A stretch of 64,000 nucleotides of DNA, taken from Octopus bimaculoides. Lineage: Eukaryota. The translations under genes were made by a program, and so were the position numbers. The notes under the pieces were generated by a model. The model saw only the letters and a list, made by a program, of their open reading frames with translations. It searched no databases and was not told where the DNA came from. Position 1 is the stretch's first letter, and each line of letters starts with the position of its first letter. Below are positions 14,403 to 27,096 of this stretch, in pieces. The stretch is taken from the NCBI RefSeq assembly GCF_001194135.2, contig NC_068991.1, positions 7,692,306 to 7,756,305 on the forward strand, read 5' to 3'.

Positions 14403-14750
14403 AGGCATATGGTTCAGTGTTTAGAACGTCAGGCTCATAATTATGAGGTAATTAGTTCGATTCCTAGACCGGGCTGTGTGTTGTGTTCTTGAGCAAGACA
14501 CTTTATTTCATGTTGCTCCAGTTCACTCAGTTGTAGAAAGGAATTGCGACATCAATGGTGCCAAGCTGTATTGGCCCCTTTGCCTTTCCCTTGGATAACA
14601 TCAGTGATGTGGAGAGGGGAGGCTGGTATGCATGGCTGACTGCTGGTCTTCCATAAACAACCTTACCTGGACTTGTGCATTGGATGGGAACTTTCTAGGT
14701 GCAATCTCATGATTCTAGGTGCAATCTTATTTGTGATCGAAGGGGGTTTT
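14403..14750 (+). mobile_element. tRNA-derived SINE (family D)
   Basis: tRNA-like head (A-box TGGTTCAGTGTTTAGA, B-box GTTCGATTCC) and central TGTGTTCTTGAGCAAGACACTT. The body is shared with 58908-59240. Confidence 0.85.
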
Positions 14751-14754
14751 TACA

Positions 14755-14806
<52 letters not shown>

Positions 14807-15406
14807 ACATGAAATGTATAAAAAATAGATTCCATCATATGCCAAGGGGAAAAAACTAGCAGTAGGCGATAGCTTCTGTTGTCTAGGTGACCAAGTCAGA
14901 AGTGGGGGTGGATGCTTGTGAGGGTGTGTATGTGTGCACACATACGTGTATGTATATGCAAGCATGTGTGTGTGTGTGTGTATTTCAACTACTGTTTTTT
15001 TGCTCTAATAACTATGCCTCATCTTTCTTCACCTGAATGTTGTCTCTGTCTGGAATCTCCTCCGTGCTCATGTTTTTCCTGTTGGTATTAACTGGCAACT
15101 GTTTAAATGGAACATTAACAGCATCAAACTCAGCAGCAAATATAAAAAAGAAGAAAAAAAAGAATATACTGTGATCAACTAGACTTTCACTGTGCATATG
15201 TCGTTCTTGTCAAATAATTTGTGATATCTGTGGTTGGCGGGGAGTGCTGAAGCGAAAATGCTGCTGGTAGAGTTTGTGAAGGCAGAGAAAATGAAGAGAG
15301 AGGTTTCAAGCAGAGCATTTTTATGTTTGAAATATTGTAGCAGGAACATTGGCAGAGTTCCAAACACCAACTCAATGCCTAAGAATCAATTACATATGTA
15401 TATATG

Positions 15407-15451
<45 letters not shown>

Positions 15452-15644
15452 NNNNNNNNNNNNNNNNNNNNNNNNNNNNNNNNNNNNNNNNNNNNNNNNN
15501 NNNNNNNNNNNNNNNNNNNNNNNNNNNNNNNNNNNNNNNNNNNNNNNNNNNNNNNNNNNNNNNNNNNNNNNNNNNNNNNNNNNNNNNNNNNNNNNNNNNN
15601 NNNNNNNNNNNNNNNNNNNNNNNNNNNNNNNNNNNNNNNNNNNN

Positions 15645-15682
<38 letters not shown>

Positions 15683-15683
15683 C

Positions 15684-15726
<43 letters not shown>

Positions 15727-16891
15727 AGTATCTATACATATATATATACATATATATACATATATATATACCCTCTCTTTACAATACACAACTTCCTTGT
15801 GTTCTTTCTTTTCCTATCATACTTGTCCTTTGGCATTCTAACTGTAAGACTTGTCTTTACTTTATGACTTCAGTATTTATTGGATGTTTATATTTACATT
15901 TATAATTCTATGTACTTTGATTCTAATTAGCAGCATTGCCTCATGGATGAACTTGGTATTACCGCTGTCTAGGTTTTCATATGAAGACTTTCCACTAATA
16001 TAAATAACTTACATTTGAAGTTATCTCTAGTTTCTAGATGACATAGATGCATAACACGTGAGCAGTGACTCAGTGTAGCTTTGAATAAATCTTTCCACTC
16101 TATCATACAGCATGTGTGCGTATGTGTGTGTTATTATATATGTAGAAACTCTGCCAGATCAGATTGGAGTCTGGTGTCGCCTCCTGGTTCGCCAGTCCCC
16201 AGTCAAATCGTCCAACCCATGCTAGCATGAAAAGCAGACGTTAAATGATGATGATGATGATGATGATGATGTTACCTGGATAATGTTAATTATCAAGGTT
16301 GATAAAATAAGAACCAGTTGAGCAGTGGGGGTAGATGTAATCAACTTACTCCCTGTCACAAAATTGCTAGCCTTGTGGCAAAATTTGAAACCAACATTAC
16401 AAGCCAACAAATCACTGTTTTCTTATGGAGAATAATACCATCTGTGTTACCTGGATAATGTTAAGTACCTTCATCTTCTGGAAGTTAAGTATCTTGGCTC
16501 TTGACACAATACAATACTGGAGACAAGTTTAAATCACTGACATTTCCATAAGCTGTAAAAACCATCTTGTCCTCGATTTATTTGGTCACCCACATCCTCC
16601 TTTAGTAAAATAAACAACTGAAGTAAAATTAATGGTGGTATATTAGGAAACATTCAGTATTTTGACATTTCAGTATCTTTTTAAAAAATTTCTCTTTCTC
16701 TGTTGCATGTGTGCTACTGTTTTGAAGCTTTAGATTGGTCGCCTTAAAACACCTTGGAGTGAAAGAACATGATGTAACATTCCCAACAACAATTATCACC
16801 ATAGCAACGTTTCCACTGATTATTATATACTTATAGTAGTGAGAATATACATTATAAGAAAATGATTTTCTTTCTCTTTCTTCCTCTCACT

Positions 16892-16942
<51 letters not shown>

Positions 16943-16982
16943 AAGTATGCATGTGTGTGTATGTATGTGTGTGTATGATGAT

Positions 16983-17245
16983 ATCATCATCATCATCGTC
17001 GTCGTTTAACGTCCACTTTCCATGCTAGCATGGGTTGGACGATTTGACTGGGGACTGGTGGACCAGGGGGCGACACCTGGCTCCAATCTGATTTGGTAGA
17101 GTTTCTACAGCTGGATGCCCTTCCTAACGCCAACCACTCCGAGAGTGTTGTGGGTGCTTTTACATGCCACCGGTACGAGGGACAGTCAGGCGGTTCTGGC
17201 AACGACCACACTCCAAAGGTGTTTTTGCTTGCTACCTGCATGGAC
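16983..17245 (-). mobile_element. Family A retroposon; other copies or fragments at about 21-66(+), 2247-2495(-), 16142-16272(+), 20780-21050(-), 21073-21165(-), 22400-22610(+), 26495-26702(-), 33707-33856(-), 35228-35400(-), 35820-35972(+), 42073-42110(-), 56265-56505(+)
   Basis: Shared diagnostic motifs GGATGCCCTTCCTAAC and CGTTTAACGTCC. Confidence 0.8.
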
Positions 17246-17249
17246 AAGT

Positions 17250-17512
17250 GGAGAAAGAAGAGGGAAGGAGGAGAGGGAAGGAGGAGAGGGAGGAGGTGGA
17301 GGAAGAAGAGGGGTGGGGAGGGGAGAAGGAAGAAAAGGGGAGGAGGAGAAAGAAGAAGAAGAGGAGGAGGAGGAGGGGATGATGATGATGAGGAGGAGGA
17401 GGAGGAGGAGGAGGTGGAGGACAATGATGGTGCCGCCACCACCGCCGATGATGTCGTTAGTAACGAGGAGAAGGACGACGAGAGCGATGATGCTGATGAT
17501 GCTGCTGACGAC

Positions 17513-17545
<33 letters not shown>

Positions 17546-17882
17546 AACGGTGATATTGTAATACAAGCAACTGTTGATGCCTGTGTATTTCAGTTTCAGT
17601 CTTCGCAAAGATTACGGTGACAAGTTTCCTTTAAAACGAAGATTTGTTTCATTAAGAATAATTGATAAATCTTCTCTGAATTCTAAATATATTGCATCGG
17701 AAAAGAATACTTTCTTATATTTGCCAAAGGATAAGTAGGTTTGCTGTCTGTGGGAGTGATTGGAAGCAAACATCCAAATTTCTTGCTAACCAGATTTGCT
17801 AATCTTTTCTCAATTTCTTCCACTAAGCAATTCTTATCTCCTCTCAAATGTTTATCTGTGTGTTTTGTGGTTTTGTGGTGTC

Positions 17883-17914
<32 letters not shown>

Positions 17915-18412
17915 TATGTATGTGTGTGTGTGAATGTGTGATGGAGCGTGTGTGTATGTCTGTGTGTGAGTGAATATGTATGTGTGTGGGTGTTTGTGTA
18001 TGTGTGAGGGAGTGTGTGTGTGTATGTCTGTGTGTGAGTATGTATGTGTGTGAGTGTGTGTGTATGTGTGAGAGTGTGTGTGAGTGTATGTGTGTGACCA
18101 TGTGTGTGTGTGAGTGTGTGAGTGTGAATGTGCATTTGTGTATATGTGTGTGTGTGAGTGTGTATGTGTGCGTGTGTGAATGTGTGTTTGTATGTGTGTG
18201 TGCATGTGTGTATGTGTGAGTGAGTATGTATGAGTTTGTGTATGTGTGAATGAGAGTGTGTGTATGTGTGTGTGTCTGTATGTGTGTGAGTGAGTATGTG
18301 TGTGTCTGCATATATATATTCGTATGAGTGTACATGTGTGTGTGTGTGAGTATGTGTGTTTGTGTGCTCTTGTGTGTGAGTGTGTCTGTGTGAGTGTGTG
18401 TGAGTGCTTGAT

Positions 18413-18444
<32 letters not shown>

Positions 18445-19445
18445 AGTGCCTAATTATACAATCATTCAGTTGTACACATGTATTTTATATTCATGCACAC
18501 ACACTATCAGCAGCAGCAGCAGCAATACAATCATCCACCACCACCACCACCAACACCAACACCAACACCAACACCAACACCACCACTGCCACCACCACTA
18601 CTACTACTGCCACAACCACCACCACTACCACCACCTGTTGCAATGCAATACACTTCTCCTTTTCATATCACCATTGTCACCATCACCATCATCATCATCA
18701 TTACCACCACCACCACCACCACCACCACCACCACCACCACTACTACTACCACCACCATCATTATCATCATCATCATCATCATCATAATCTACATCGTTGT
18801 AGTCGTCATCATCATCAAAACTGCCACCGCTGCCGCCACCACCACCACCACCACCACCACCATCATCAATATCATCATTATTATTGTCATTCTGATCGTC
18901 GTCATCATTATCATCGTCACCACTGCCACCATTTTATGTCCGCTTTCCTATGCATATTCCTTTACATATACACACACACACACATACACACAAATACACA
19001 CATACACGCACACACACATATGCATGCACAAACACTCACAGATACACACACACACAGATCTAACTCAATGCAAAACCATACCAATTTGGATGTCTATAGC
19101 TAAATTACTGTCTATGTTTTTGGTCTTCAGTAAAGTTTATCTCTTAATTTCAAGAATTAAATCCAGAAACCAGATAACTCCTAGTAATTTATCATTACAT
19201 TATGGAGACTTTTTTTTTCCTCCAGTTTGAAGAAAAAATATCTAAATAACAGTAAGTGACAAACAAAAGAATCAGTCTTATGAGGTATTAGGAAAAAGTG
19301 TGCCAAACAATTAAAAAAAAAACTAATGATGTAATTAACATAATAAAAACTTTTAATTGGCATGTTGTTGGTGCTGCTGCTGTTGTTGTTGTTGTTGTTG
19401 TTGTTGTTGCTGCTACAGCTGCTGTAGTTGTTGTTGTTGTTATTT
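17250..19445. repeat. Composite low-complexity island: purine-rich (GGA/GAT/GAC)n 17250-17560, degenerate (TG)n 17880-18450, (CAC/CAT/CAA)n 18505-18930, (GTT/GCT)n 19365-19445
   Basis: Read directly from the sequence; ORFs here are homopolymeric in every frame. Confidence 0.92.
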
Positions 19446-20417
19446 GAGTCAAGATGAGTCCTGATCCAGTAATGGTCCAAATCTAGTGAAGCCTGTAAAA
19501 ACTCTTTTCAGGTGCTGTGTATCTTGGACTACATTATTCAATGTGTTCTTTTTCTTTTCTTTCTTTTTTGTGTGTGTAAGGTGCAGGCATGGCTGTTGGT
19601 AAGAAGTTTGTTTCCCAACCACATAGTTTCAAGTTCAGTTCCACTGCATGGTACCTAGGACAAGTGTCTCTTATTATAACCCCAGACTAATCAAAGCCTT
19701 GTGAATTGGTTTGGTGAACAGAAACTGAAAGAATCATATACTGTCATGTATAAAATGCAAGCTGTGTCCTTCATTTTCAACCTCTTGAGACATGTCTGAT
19801 CATGGAGAGATATTACCTTATTTGGAAACAGAAAGGGCATCTGTAAATAGTATCCAACATAATAAATCTTCCTGAACTAATTCTTTCCAACTCATGGGAA
19901 CATGGAAAAGTGGACGTTAAAACAATGATGGTGATAGAGTATGACATGAAGTAGATGTAGCTGCTACTTCTAGTAGGTCAAGCATCCATATACAAGCTCC
20001 CCCATTGACTCATAATTGCTCTACTTGGAAACATTGCCAGAGATACACTGGTGCGCAATAAGTTTATGGTACAAGGAATGAAAAGGTGTCAGGAATTACG
20101 AGACATCAATGCATTAGCCATCTGTGACATGAACTGCTGTGAGTCAGACAACAATACACCTGTCACTGCAAAAAGTAACCTTCAGAGACGGAATTGAATA
20201 TTCTCTTTTACTCTTTTACTTGTTTCAGTCATTTGACTGTGGCCATGCTGGAGCACCGCCTTTTGTCGAGCAAATCGACCCCAGGACTTATCCTTTATAA
20301 GCCAAGTACTTATCCTTTATAAGCCAAGTACTTATTTCATTGGTCTCTTTTTCCGAGAGAGAGAGAGAGAGGGAGAGGGAGAGAAAGAGAAAGAGAGAGA
20401 GAGACAGAGAGACAGAC

Positions 20418-20452
<35 letters not shown>

Positions 20453-20568
20453 TAGGCAGGCAGTCAAGCAGGCAGCCAGGCAGGCAGACACGCCATATTT
20501 GATGGCCTAATTTACATGCTTCAATGCATTAAAAAAATTTTTTTCATGAATATGGGCTGCTAAAACTA

Positions 20569-20611
20569 ATCTAATGTGGATCTAATGTGGATCTAATGTG
20601 GATCTAATGTG
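20569..20611. repeat. 11-bp tandem repeat (ATCTAATGTGG) x4
   Basis: Read directly from the sequence. Confidence 0.95.
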
Positions 20612-20649
20612 TCCACGTGTTGTTTATGCCATCAGATACAGTACATGTA

Positions 20650-20780
20650 TAATAGGAGCACACCATCGGTTATGACGACGAGGGTCCCAGCTGATCTGAT
20701 CAACGGAACAGCTTGCTCGTGAAATTAACATGCAAGTGGCAGAGTTCTCCACAGACATGTGTACTCTTAATGGCCATGAT
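20650..20780 (+). repeat. Dispersed repeat family F, inverted copy at 9704-9800; probably related tail pieces at 19950-20000 and 47890-48350
   Basis: GTTATGACGACGAGGGTCCCAGCTGATCTGATCAACGGAACAGCTTGCTCGTGAAATT matches the reverse complement of 9720-9790. Linking the tail pieces to this family relies on recall. Confidence 0.6.
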
Positions 20781-21194
20781 CGGTTGGTGCTTTTTATGTG
20801 CCACCAGCACGGAAGCCAATCAAGGCGGTGCTGGCATCGGCCACGTTCAGATAGTGTTTTTACATGTCACCAGCACAGGTATTACAACTACAATTTCCAT
20901 TTGATTTTCATTTTGATGTTGATGTACTTGACTCAATAGGTCTCCTCAAGCACAGCAGGTCGCCCTACGATCCAAGGTACATTTGAATGGGCTGGGGCTG
21001 GTTATGCGAAACTGGTGTAGGATACAGCTGTGAACTCACTTTGTCCATGAACTCACTTTATATATATATATATCATCATCATCGTTTAACGTCCGCTTTC
21101 CATGCTAGCATGGGTTGGACAATTTGACTGAGGACTGGCGAACCAGGTGGCTACGCCAGGCTCATGCGGTTAACACAACCCCACCATTTACTGA

Positions 21195-21266
<72 letters not shown>

Positions 21267-21329
21267 TGTATGTATGTATGTATGTATGTATGTATGTATG
21301 TGTGTGCATATGTTTATGGGTACCGTTGT

Positions 21330-21560
21330 GTTGATATCACATGGTAGTTGTAAATGAGTATCACCATCATACAAGGGGTGTTGTTCTCTTCCAGTCTTCC
21401 TGAAAAACATGTCTGGCCATGGGGGAAAATATCACCCTGCTTGGAAACGAAGGACGATTGGTGACAAGAAGGGCATCAGAACATAGGAAATCACTGCCTC
21501 TACATATTTCGTCTGACCCATGCAAGTGTGGAAAAGTGAATGTTAAATGGTGATGATGGT
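21330..21560 (+). mobile_element. Family G retroposon sharing the family A 3' tail; second copy at about 19775-19935
   Basis: AAACATGTCTG(G/A)(C/T)CATGG...TTGGAAAC...AAGGGCATC...CCATG..GGAAAAGTG(G/A)A(C/T)GTTAAA followed by (GAT/GGT)n. Confidence 0.6.
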
Positions 21561-22619
21561 GATAATGATGATGATGATGATGGTGGTGGTGATGGCGATA
21601 ATGATGATGTTGTCATTGTCATTTTGTTGTTGTTGTTGATGTTCTTGTTGTTAATAACAATGAATATAATAACAATGTCTACCATAAGCACAAATCATAT
21701 TTTCAAGAGTAGGAAAAACTTTAGTTATTGTAACAGTCGTGTCTTTCTCAAGGCCATTAGCAACTTAAGCTTCAATCAGAAAATAAAAACCACATCAATG
21801 AAATTTTTTTTTTTTCTCAAAGCTCAATTTGCAAATTTATAATATTTACCTAGAATCAATTTAAAACTAATGAACTACATTGATTCTCTTTCCCCGACTT
21901 TTTTTTTTTCTTTTTTTCGTTCACATTCAACCATTTTGATTCCAATCCAACCAAGATCTCCTCCGGTTCCATGATCCAAAACTTCCTGTTTTAAGCTGCT
22001 TCAGTTCGCATTTAAATTAAAATTTTCCATAGTAATTATATTTAAGAACATTTTAAGTTATGTTCCAAACACCATCTTATTTGAAAAGTAATTTATTTTA
22101 TTGAATTCCTCCAAATTCTTGATTACTTTCAAAATTAATTGAAATACATAGGCAGAGTATTTCAATGGAATTATATTTGCAAAAGAGTTAAGCAAACAAT
22201 TTGATGTTTAGTTCCTGCATCATTGTCTACTGTGCTGTCTTCATTTTCATCTGCCACTACCTTCTTGCATCTCCAACTATGGTAGCTATGTATCGCCTCT
22301 ACAGTAAGACCCCTGTCAGTGTCCTTCTATGATTCTTTTACCTCTCATTCCCTGGTATAAAAACCACCTCCCCCCACCACATTAATTGAAGGGCTCTTGT
22401 CTTGTGAGTAACTTGGTGACCTCATTAGTGCTAGTATCACATAAAAGCCACTCAGAACAGTCTGTAAATGCTTTGTGTCGGGAAGGGCATCCAGCTGTAG
22501 ACAAACCAGGTCAAAGCAGACACTAGGGCTTGGCACCGCCCTCTGGTTTTTCAGTGCCTGTCAAACCATCCAACCCATACTACCAGGGAGAAACAAAGCT
22601 CAAATGGTGCTGGTGGTAC

Positions 22620-22651
<32 letters not shown>

Positions 22652-23296
22652 TCAGCGGCGGTCATGATGGTGGTGGTGATGGTGGTAGCAGTGGTGGTGA
22701 CGATGACGACAATCTTCAGTTTGAATTGTGCCAGACAAAGTATACATGCGGAGCATGTATAAATATTCAAAAGCATTCTTCAAGCTGTGTGTATGTGTGT
22801 GNNNNNNNNNNNNNNNNNNNNNNNNNNNNNNNNNNNNNNNNNNNNNNNNNNNNNNNNNNNNNNNNNNNNNNNNNNNNNNNNNNNNNNNNNNNNNNNNNNN
22901 NNNNNNNNNNNNNNNNNNNNNNNNNNNNNNNNNNNNNNNNNNNNNNNNNNNNNNNNNNNNNNNNNNNNNNNNNNNNNNNNNNNNNNNNNNNNTGATTTCA
23001 TAATCTTCAGTGGAAACTCAATTAGCTCTTCCATTTCTGCCTAAAACATTAATTAGAGGTGACTAAAATTCCAAACTTAAAACAACTTTGAAACCTTTAA
23101 ACTTCAAACAGCCTGATTTAATCAGAAATTGCTCTCTTCATCCTCAAAAATATCAATGTATACACTTGCTTTTAACGTTTGCAATTTCTATTCATGTTTT
23201 GTATCATTTCTTCAGCTTAGAAACTTGTTCAGCAAAACAAATTCCTTTACAAGTTCAATTTTCAGACAAGACAACTTTTTTTTTTATTTGAATGTC

Positions 23297-23690
23297 TATT
23301 TTACTCTTTTACTCTTTTACTTGTTTCAGTCATTTGACTGTGGCCATGCTGGAGCACCGCCTGTAGTCGAGCAAATCGACCCCAGTACTTATTTGTTGTA
23401 AACCTAGTACTTATTCTATCAGTCTCTTTTTGCTGAACCGCTAAGTTACGGGGACGTAAACACACCAGCACTGGTTGTCAAGCGAAGTTGGGGGGGACAA
23501 ACACAGACACACAAACATATATACACACATACACACATATACACATACATAGATACGACGGGCTTCTTTCAGTTTCCGTCTACCAAATCCACTCACAAGG
23601 CTTTGGTCGGCCTGAGGCTATAGTAGAAGACACTTGCCCAAGGTGCCACGCAGTGGGACTGAACCCGGAACCATGTGGTTGGTAAGCAAG
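23297..23690 (-). mobile_element. Family B SINE, near complete
   Basis: Reverse complement of the family B consensus. The tail CTTTTACTCTTTTACTCTTTTACTTGTTTCAGTC starts near 23300. Confidence 0.85.
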
Positions 23691-24059
23691 CACGCATGCA
23701 CACACACACACACACACACACAGAGTGGTGGACTGGGTCTAAAAATATTAGTTGCTAGGAGACTAAGGGGGCCCACTCACAACTACAAGGGGGCCCACCC
23801 ACAACTACAGTGCTATCATTTAATTTTTTTTCTTTTGTTAAAAGTATTCTTTTCAACTGTCTACAAACACAGCCAGGCTGAAATAATTATTGCATTCTTC
23901 CAGGAATGAATTTAAAAATTCTCTAACACGAGGGGATGGGCTCCTTAGATACTAACACAGGCCCCCATATATGGATTCTAACGGCACAGGGGCCCACTTA
24001 CCATTGAGCAAGCTGATAACCTGGCCAGTCCACCACACATACATACATACATACATACA

Positions 24060-24095
<36 letters not shown>

Positions 24096-24872
24096 TATAG
24101 AGATTTACTTTTGTCATCAAACAATAAATCTTTGTCACATTCTTCTTATAGTAGAAAGTGTATCACATCCAAGATCTCACATAGTTAAACTGTGCAATTA
24201 TCCATTTCTATTTGAAGACAGAAACAGTATCCAGACTTTATGTTAGCTCTTTGTCTTGTGAAAGCTATAACTTTTCCCAACAGGGGAATCATTTGCCCTT
24301 ACTATTGGCTAAAAAAAAACAACAACAAAGATTTGTGCAGTGCAAGCAATTTCAATCAATTCATTTAGAACAATAGAATAAGAAAGACTTATATTCTGAC
24401 AGACATTCTGAAAATTGCTTCAGCAACATTTACATCTGATTCATGTTGTGGACATATATTATTTCTGAAAGAGAAAGCTGTTGACAGTTATTGGTCTTGT
24501 CTGGATCCAGACACACATTAGCTTCAACAATGCTTGTATTAACAATCTCCATATCATTTAAAAGCCATTGCAGTTTTGTATCAGAAACTTTCTTCTGAAA
24601 TATACAAAGACTTAAGTAGTCACAATGACATTTGCTAATTTGTTTTTATTTTTTCTTTATAGTCTTTTTAAGACTATATGCTTAGTGAGATTTTTTTCAG
24701 CCCTTTACATTCTGAGTTCAAATCCTGTGGGTGTCACCTTTGCTTTTCATCCCCTTGCAGTTAATAAAATAAAGTAGCAGTCAAGTACTAGGGTTGATGT
24801 AATCATACATACATACATACATACATACATACATACATACATACATACATACATACATACATGCATACATAC

Positions 24873-25784
24873 ATCTTGTTTCAGTTAAAGGTCTCTAACA
24901 TTTGAACAGGACCTATTAGATCTTCTTCAGATGTCAATAGAAAAACTCCTCTGCATATCTTAACAATCATTCGTTTATTTACCAGAATTATGTGCCAAGG
25001 GAGGAGAAAAACAACAACATACAGCTTTTACCAAAAGCCAGGAACTTTCAGCACCTTAACCCTCGAGCACAAACACATACATATATACCATGGGCTTCCA
25101 CACAGTTTCTGTCTGCCAAATTCACTCACTAGGAATATAAAATGAGTCTTGTAGTGACGTCATTTTGAGGGTCTTCAGCACACATGCGCAGGGTTGGAAT
25201 CTTCTGGAAGGCCTGCTGGAAGTTCCCTCATGCGCATGCGCAGAAAACTAGCAGCAGCAGAGTTCTCTTGTATCTGAGACTCGAGATGCAGCCCCTGAAC
25301 TAGGCGGACGTGTTCTCAGCAGCTCTCTGTTCGCCTTTGCTGCTGACCATTATTTGACCAGCTCGGTATTTGACCAGCTCCGATTTAGCTGGACTAGCAT
25401 GAAGAATGCCTTCACAAGGTATGATTGACTCCGAGGTGGACATTTTGGTACATACAGAATGAAAGGATTGTTTTTATGATTGGATGTCTTCTTGTTCTGC
25501 TAATTTCCCCTTACATTTATGTAAGGAATTGTGTGGCACCCTTTCAGTGCCAACCAATATTTATCATCTTACAGTCTATTTAGGGTTGTTTTCATGTCTT
25601 CTGAAGCTGTGTGTTCTTGTTAATTATGAATCTTGTTTCAGTTAAAGGTCTCTAACATTTGAATAGGACCTATTAGATCTTCTTCAGATGTCAATAGAAA
25701 AACTTCTCTGCATATCTTAACAATAGTTCGTTTATTTACCAGAATTATGCGCCAAAGGAGGAGAAAAACAACAACATACAGCTT
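24873..25784 (+). repeat. 155-bp direct repeat pair (24873-25027 and 25630-25784)
   Basis: Visible alignment with about 6 substitutions. Confidence 0.95.
25150..25573. mobile_element. Solo LTR (424 bp), probably Gypsy-type
   Basis: Begins TGTAG and ends TTACA (TG...CA termini with a TGTA/TACA inverted repeat). Flanked by the direct repeat GTCT (25146-25149 and 25574-25577). GC-richer than its surroundings, with no coding remnant. Confidence 0.8.
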
Positions 25785-26035
25785 ATCAAAACATGATATA
25801 CTGGTTTTGGAGAATAGATCTGGGTTGAAACATTAATCTATCATTTTTTAAATTTTATTCTTGTTGTTGTACTCAAGTAATAACAATCTATTCATCCAGT
25901 ATGGTGACTTTGTGTCTTTCAAAGGTATGTGTGTGCATGTATATGTTTGTGTGTATGTATGTGTGTGTATATGTATATGTGTGTGTGTGTGTGTGCCTAT
26001 ATATGTGGATGTGTATGTATATGTATTTGTGTGTA

Positions 26036-26080
<45 letters not shown>

Positions 26081-26188
26081 GTGTGTGTGTGTGCCTGTGT
26101 GCGTGTGTGCCTGTGTGCGTGTGTGCCTGTGTGTGTAGATGTGCATGTATATATAGGTGTGTGCATGCATATGTGTGTGTTCATGTAA

Positions 26189-26219
<31 letters not shown>

Positions 26220-26312
26220 TATGGATATATGTGTATACATGTATATATGTATGCAAGCATGTATATGGATGTAGGCATGTGTATATTCATGTATATGTGG
26301 GTGTGCATTAAA

Positions 26313-26346
<34 letters not shown>

Positions 26347-26492
26347 ATTTAATTTAAAGAAAAACCACTATTAAATAATTCAATAAAGAAGAATTTAATT
26401 CATACCCTCCAGAAAATAAATATATCATAAAAACCTTATTCAAAAATCAAAAAATACAAAAAGAATAACTAGTAAATGGTATATATATATAT

Positions 26493-26531
<39 letters not shown>

Positions 26532-26863
26532 GTTTAACGTCCGCTTTCCATGCTAGCATGGGTTGGACAATTTGACTGANNNNNNNNNNGCTTTCCATGC
26601 TAGCATGGGTTGGACAATTTGACTGAGGACTGGTGAACCAGATGGCTACACCAGGCTCCAATCTGATCTGGAAGAGTTTCTACAGCTGGATGCCCTTCCT
26701 AATTATTTGCATGAATGGAAACGGTATGTGGCTCAGTAAAAATCTGCAACATTACAAAGACAGTCTGTTAGTAACCAGCTCTGGGTATGGGATATAAAGG
26801 GATAATTCTTTCTACTATAGGCACAAGACCTGAAATTTTGGAGGAGTAGGGCTAACCAATTAC

Positions 26864-27096
26864 TTATTTCTTTATTGCCCACAAGGGGCTAAATATAGAG
26901 GGGACAAACAAGGACAGACAAAGGGATTAAGTCGATTACATCGACCCCAGTGCATAACTGGTAATTATCTAATGGACCCCGAAAGGATGAAAGGGAAAGT
27001 CGACCTTGGCGGAATTTGAACTCAGAATGTAGTGGCAGATGAAATACTGCTAAGCATTTCGCCCGGCGTGCTAACGTTTCTGCCAGCTCGCCGCCT
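26864..27096 (-). mobile_element. Full-length tRNA-derived SINE (family C), young copy with an 18-bp TSD, nested in an older family C copy (about 26806-27200)
   Basis: The minus-strand head has an A-box-like TGGCAGAAACGTTAG and a B-box GAGTTCAAATTCC. It is flanked by the identical sequence GTAGGGCTAACCAATTAC at 26846-26863 and 27097-27114. Confidence 0.88.

Noticed and set aside
20288-20330. Short tandem duplication CTTATCCTTTATAAGCCAAGTA inside a family B tail
   Set aside because: Local slippage within a SINE copy, with no sign of function.
26495-26640. Repeated start of a family A element across a 10-N gap
   Set aside because: An exact repeat across a small gap is typical of unmerged contig overlap.
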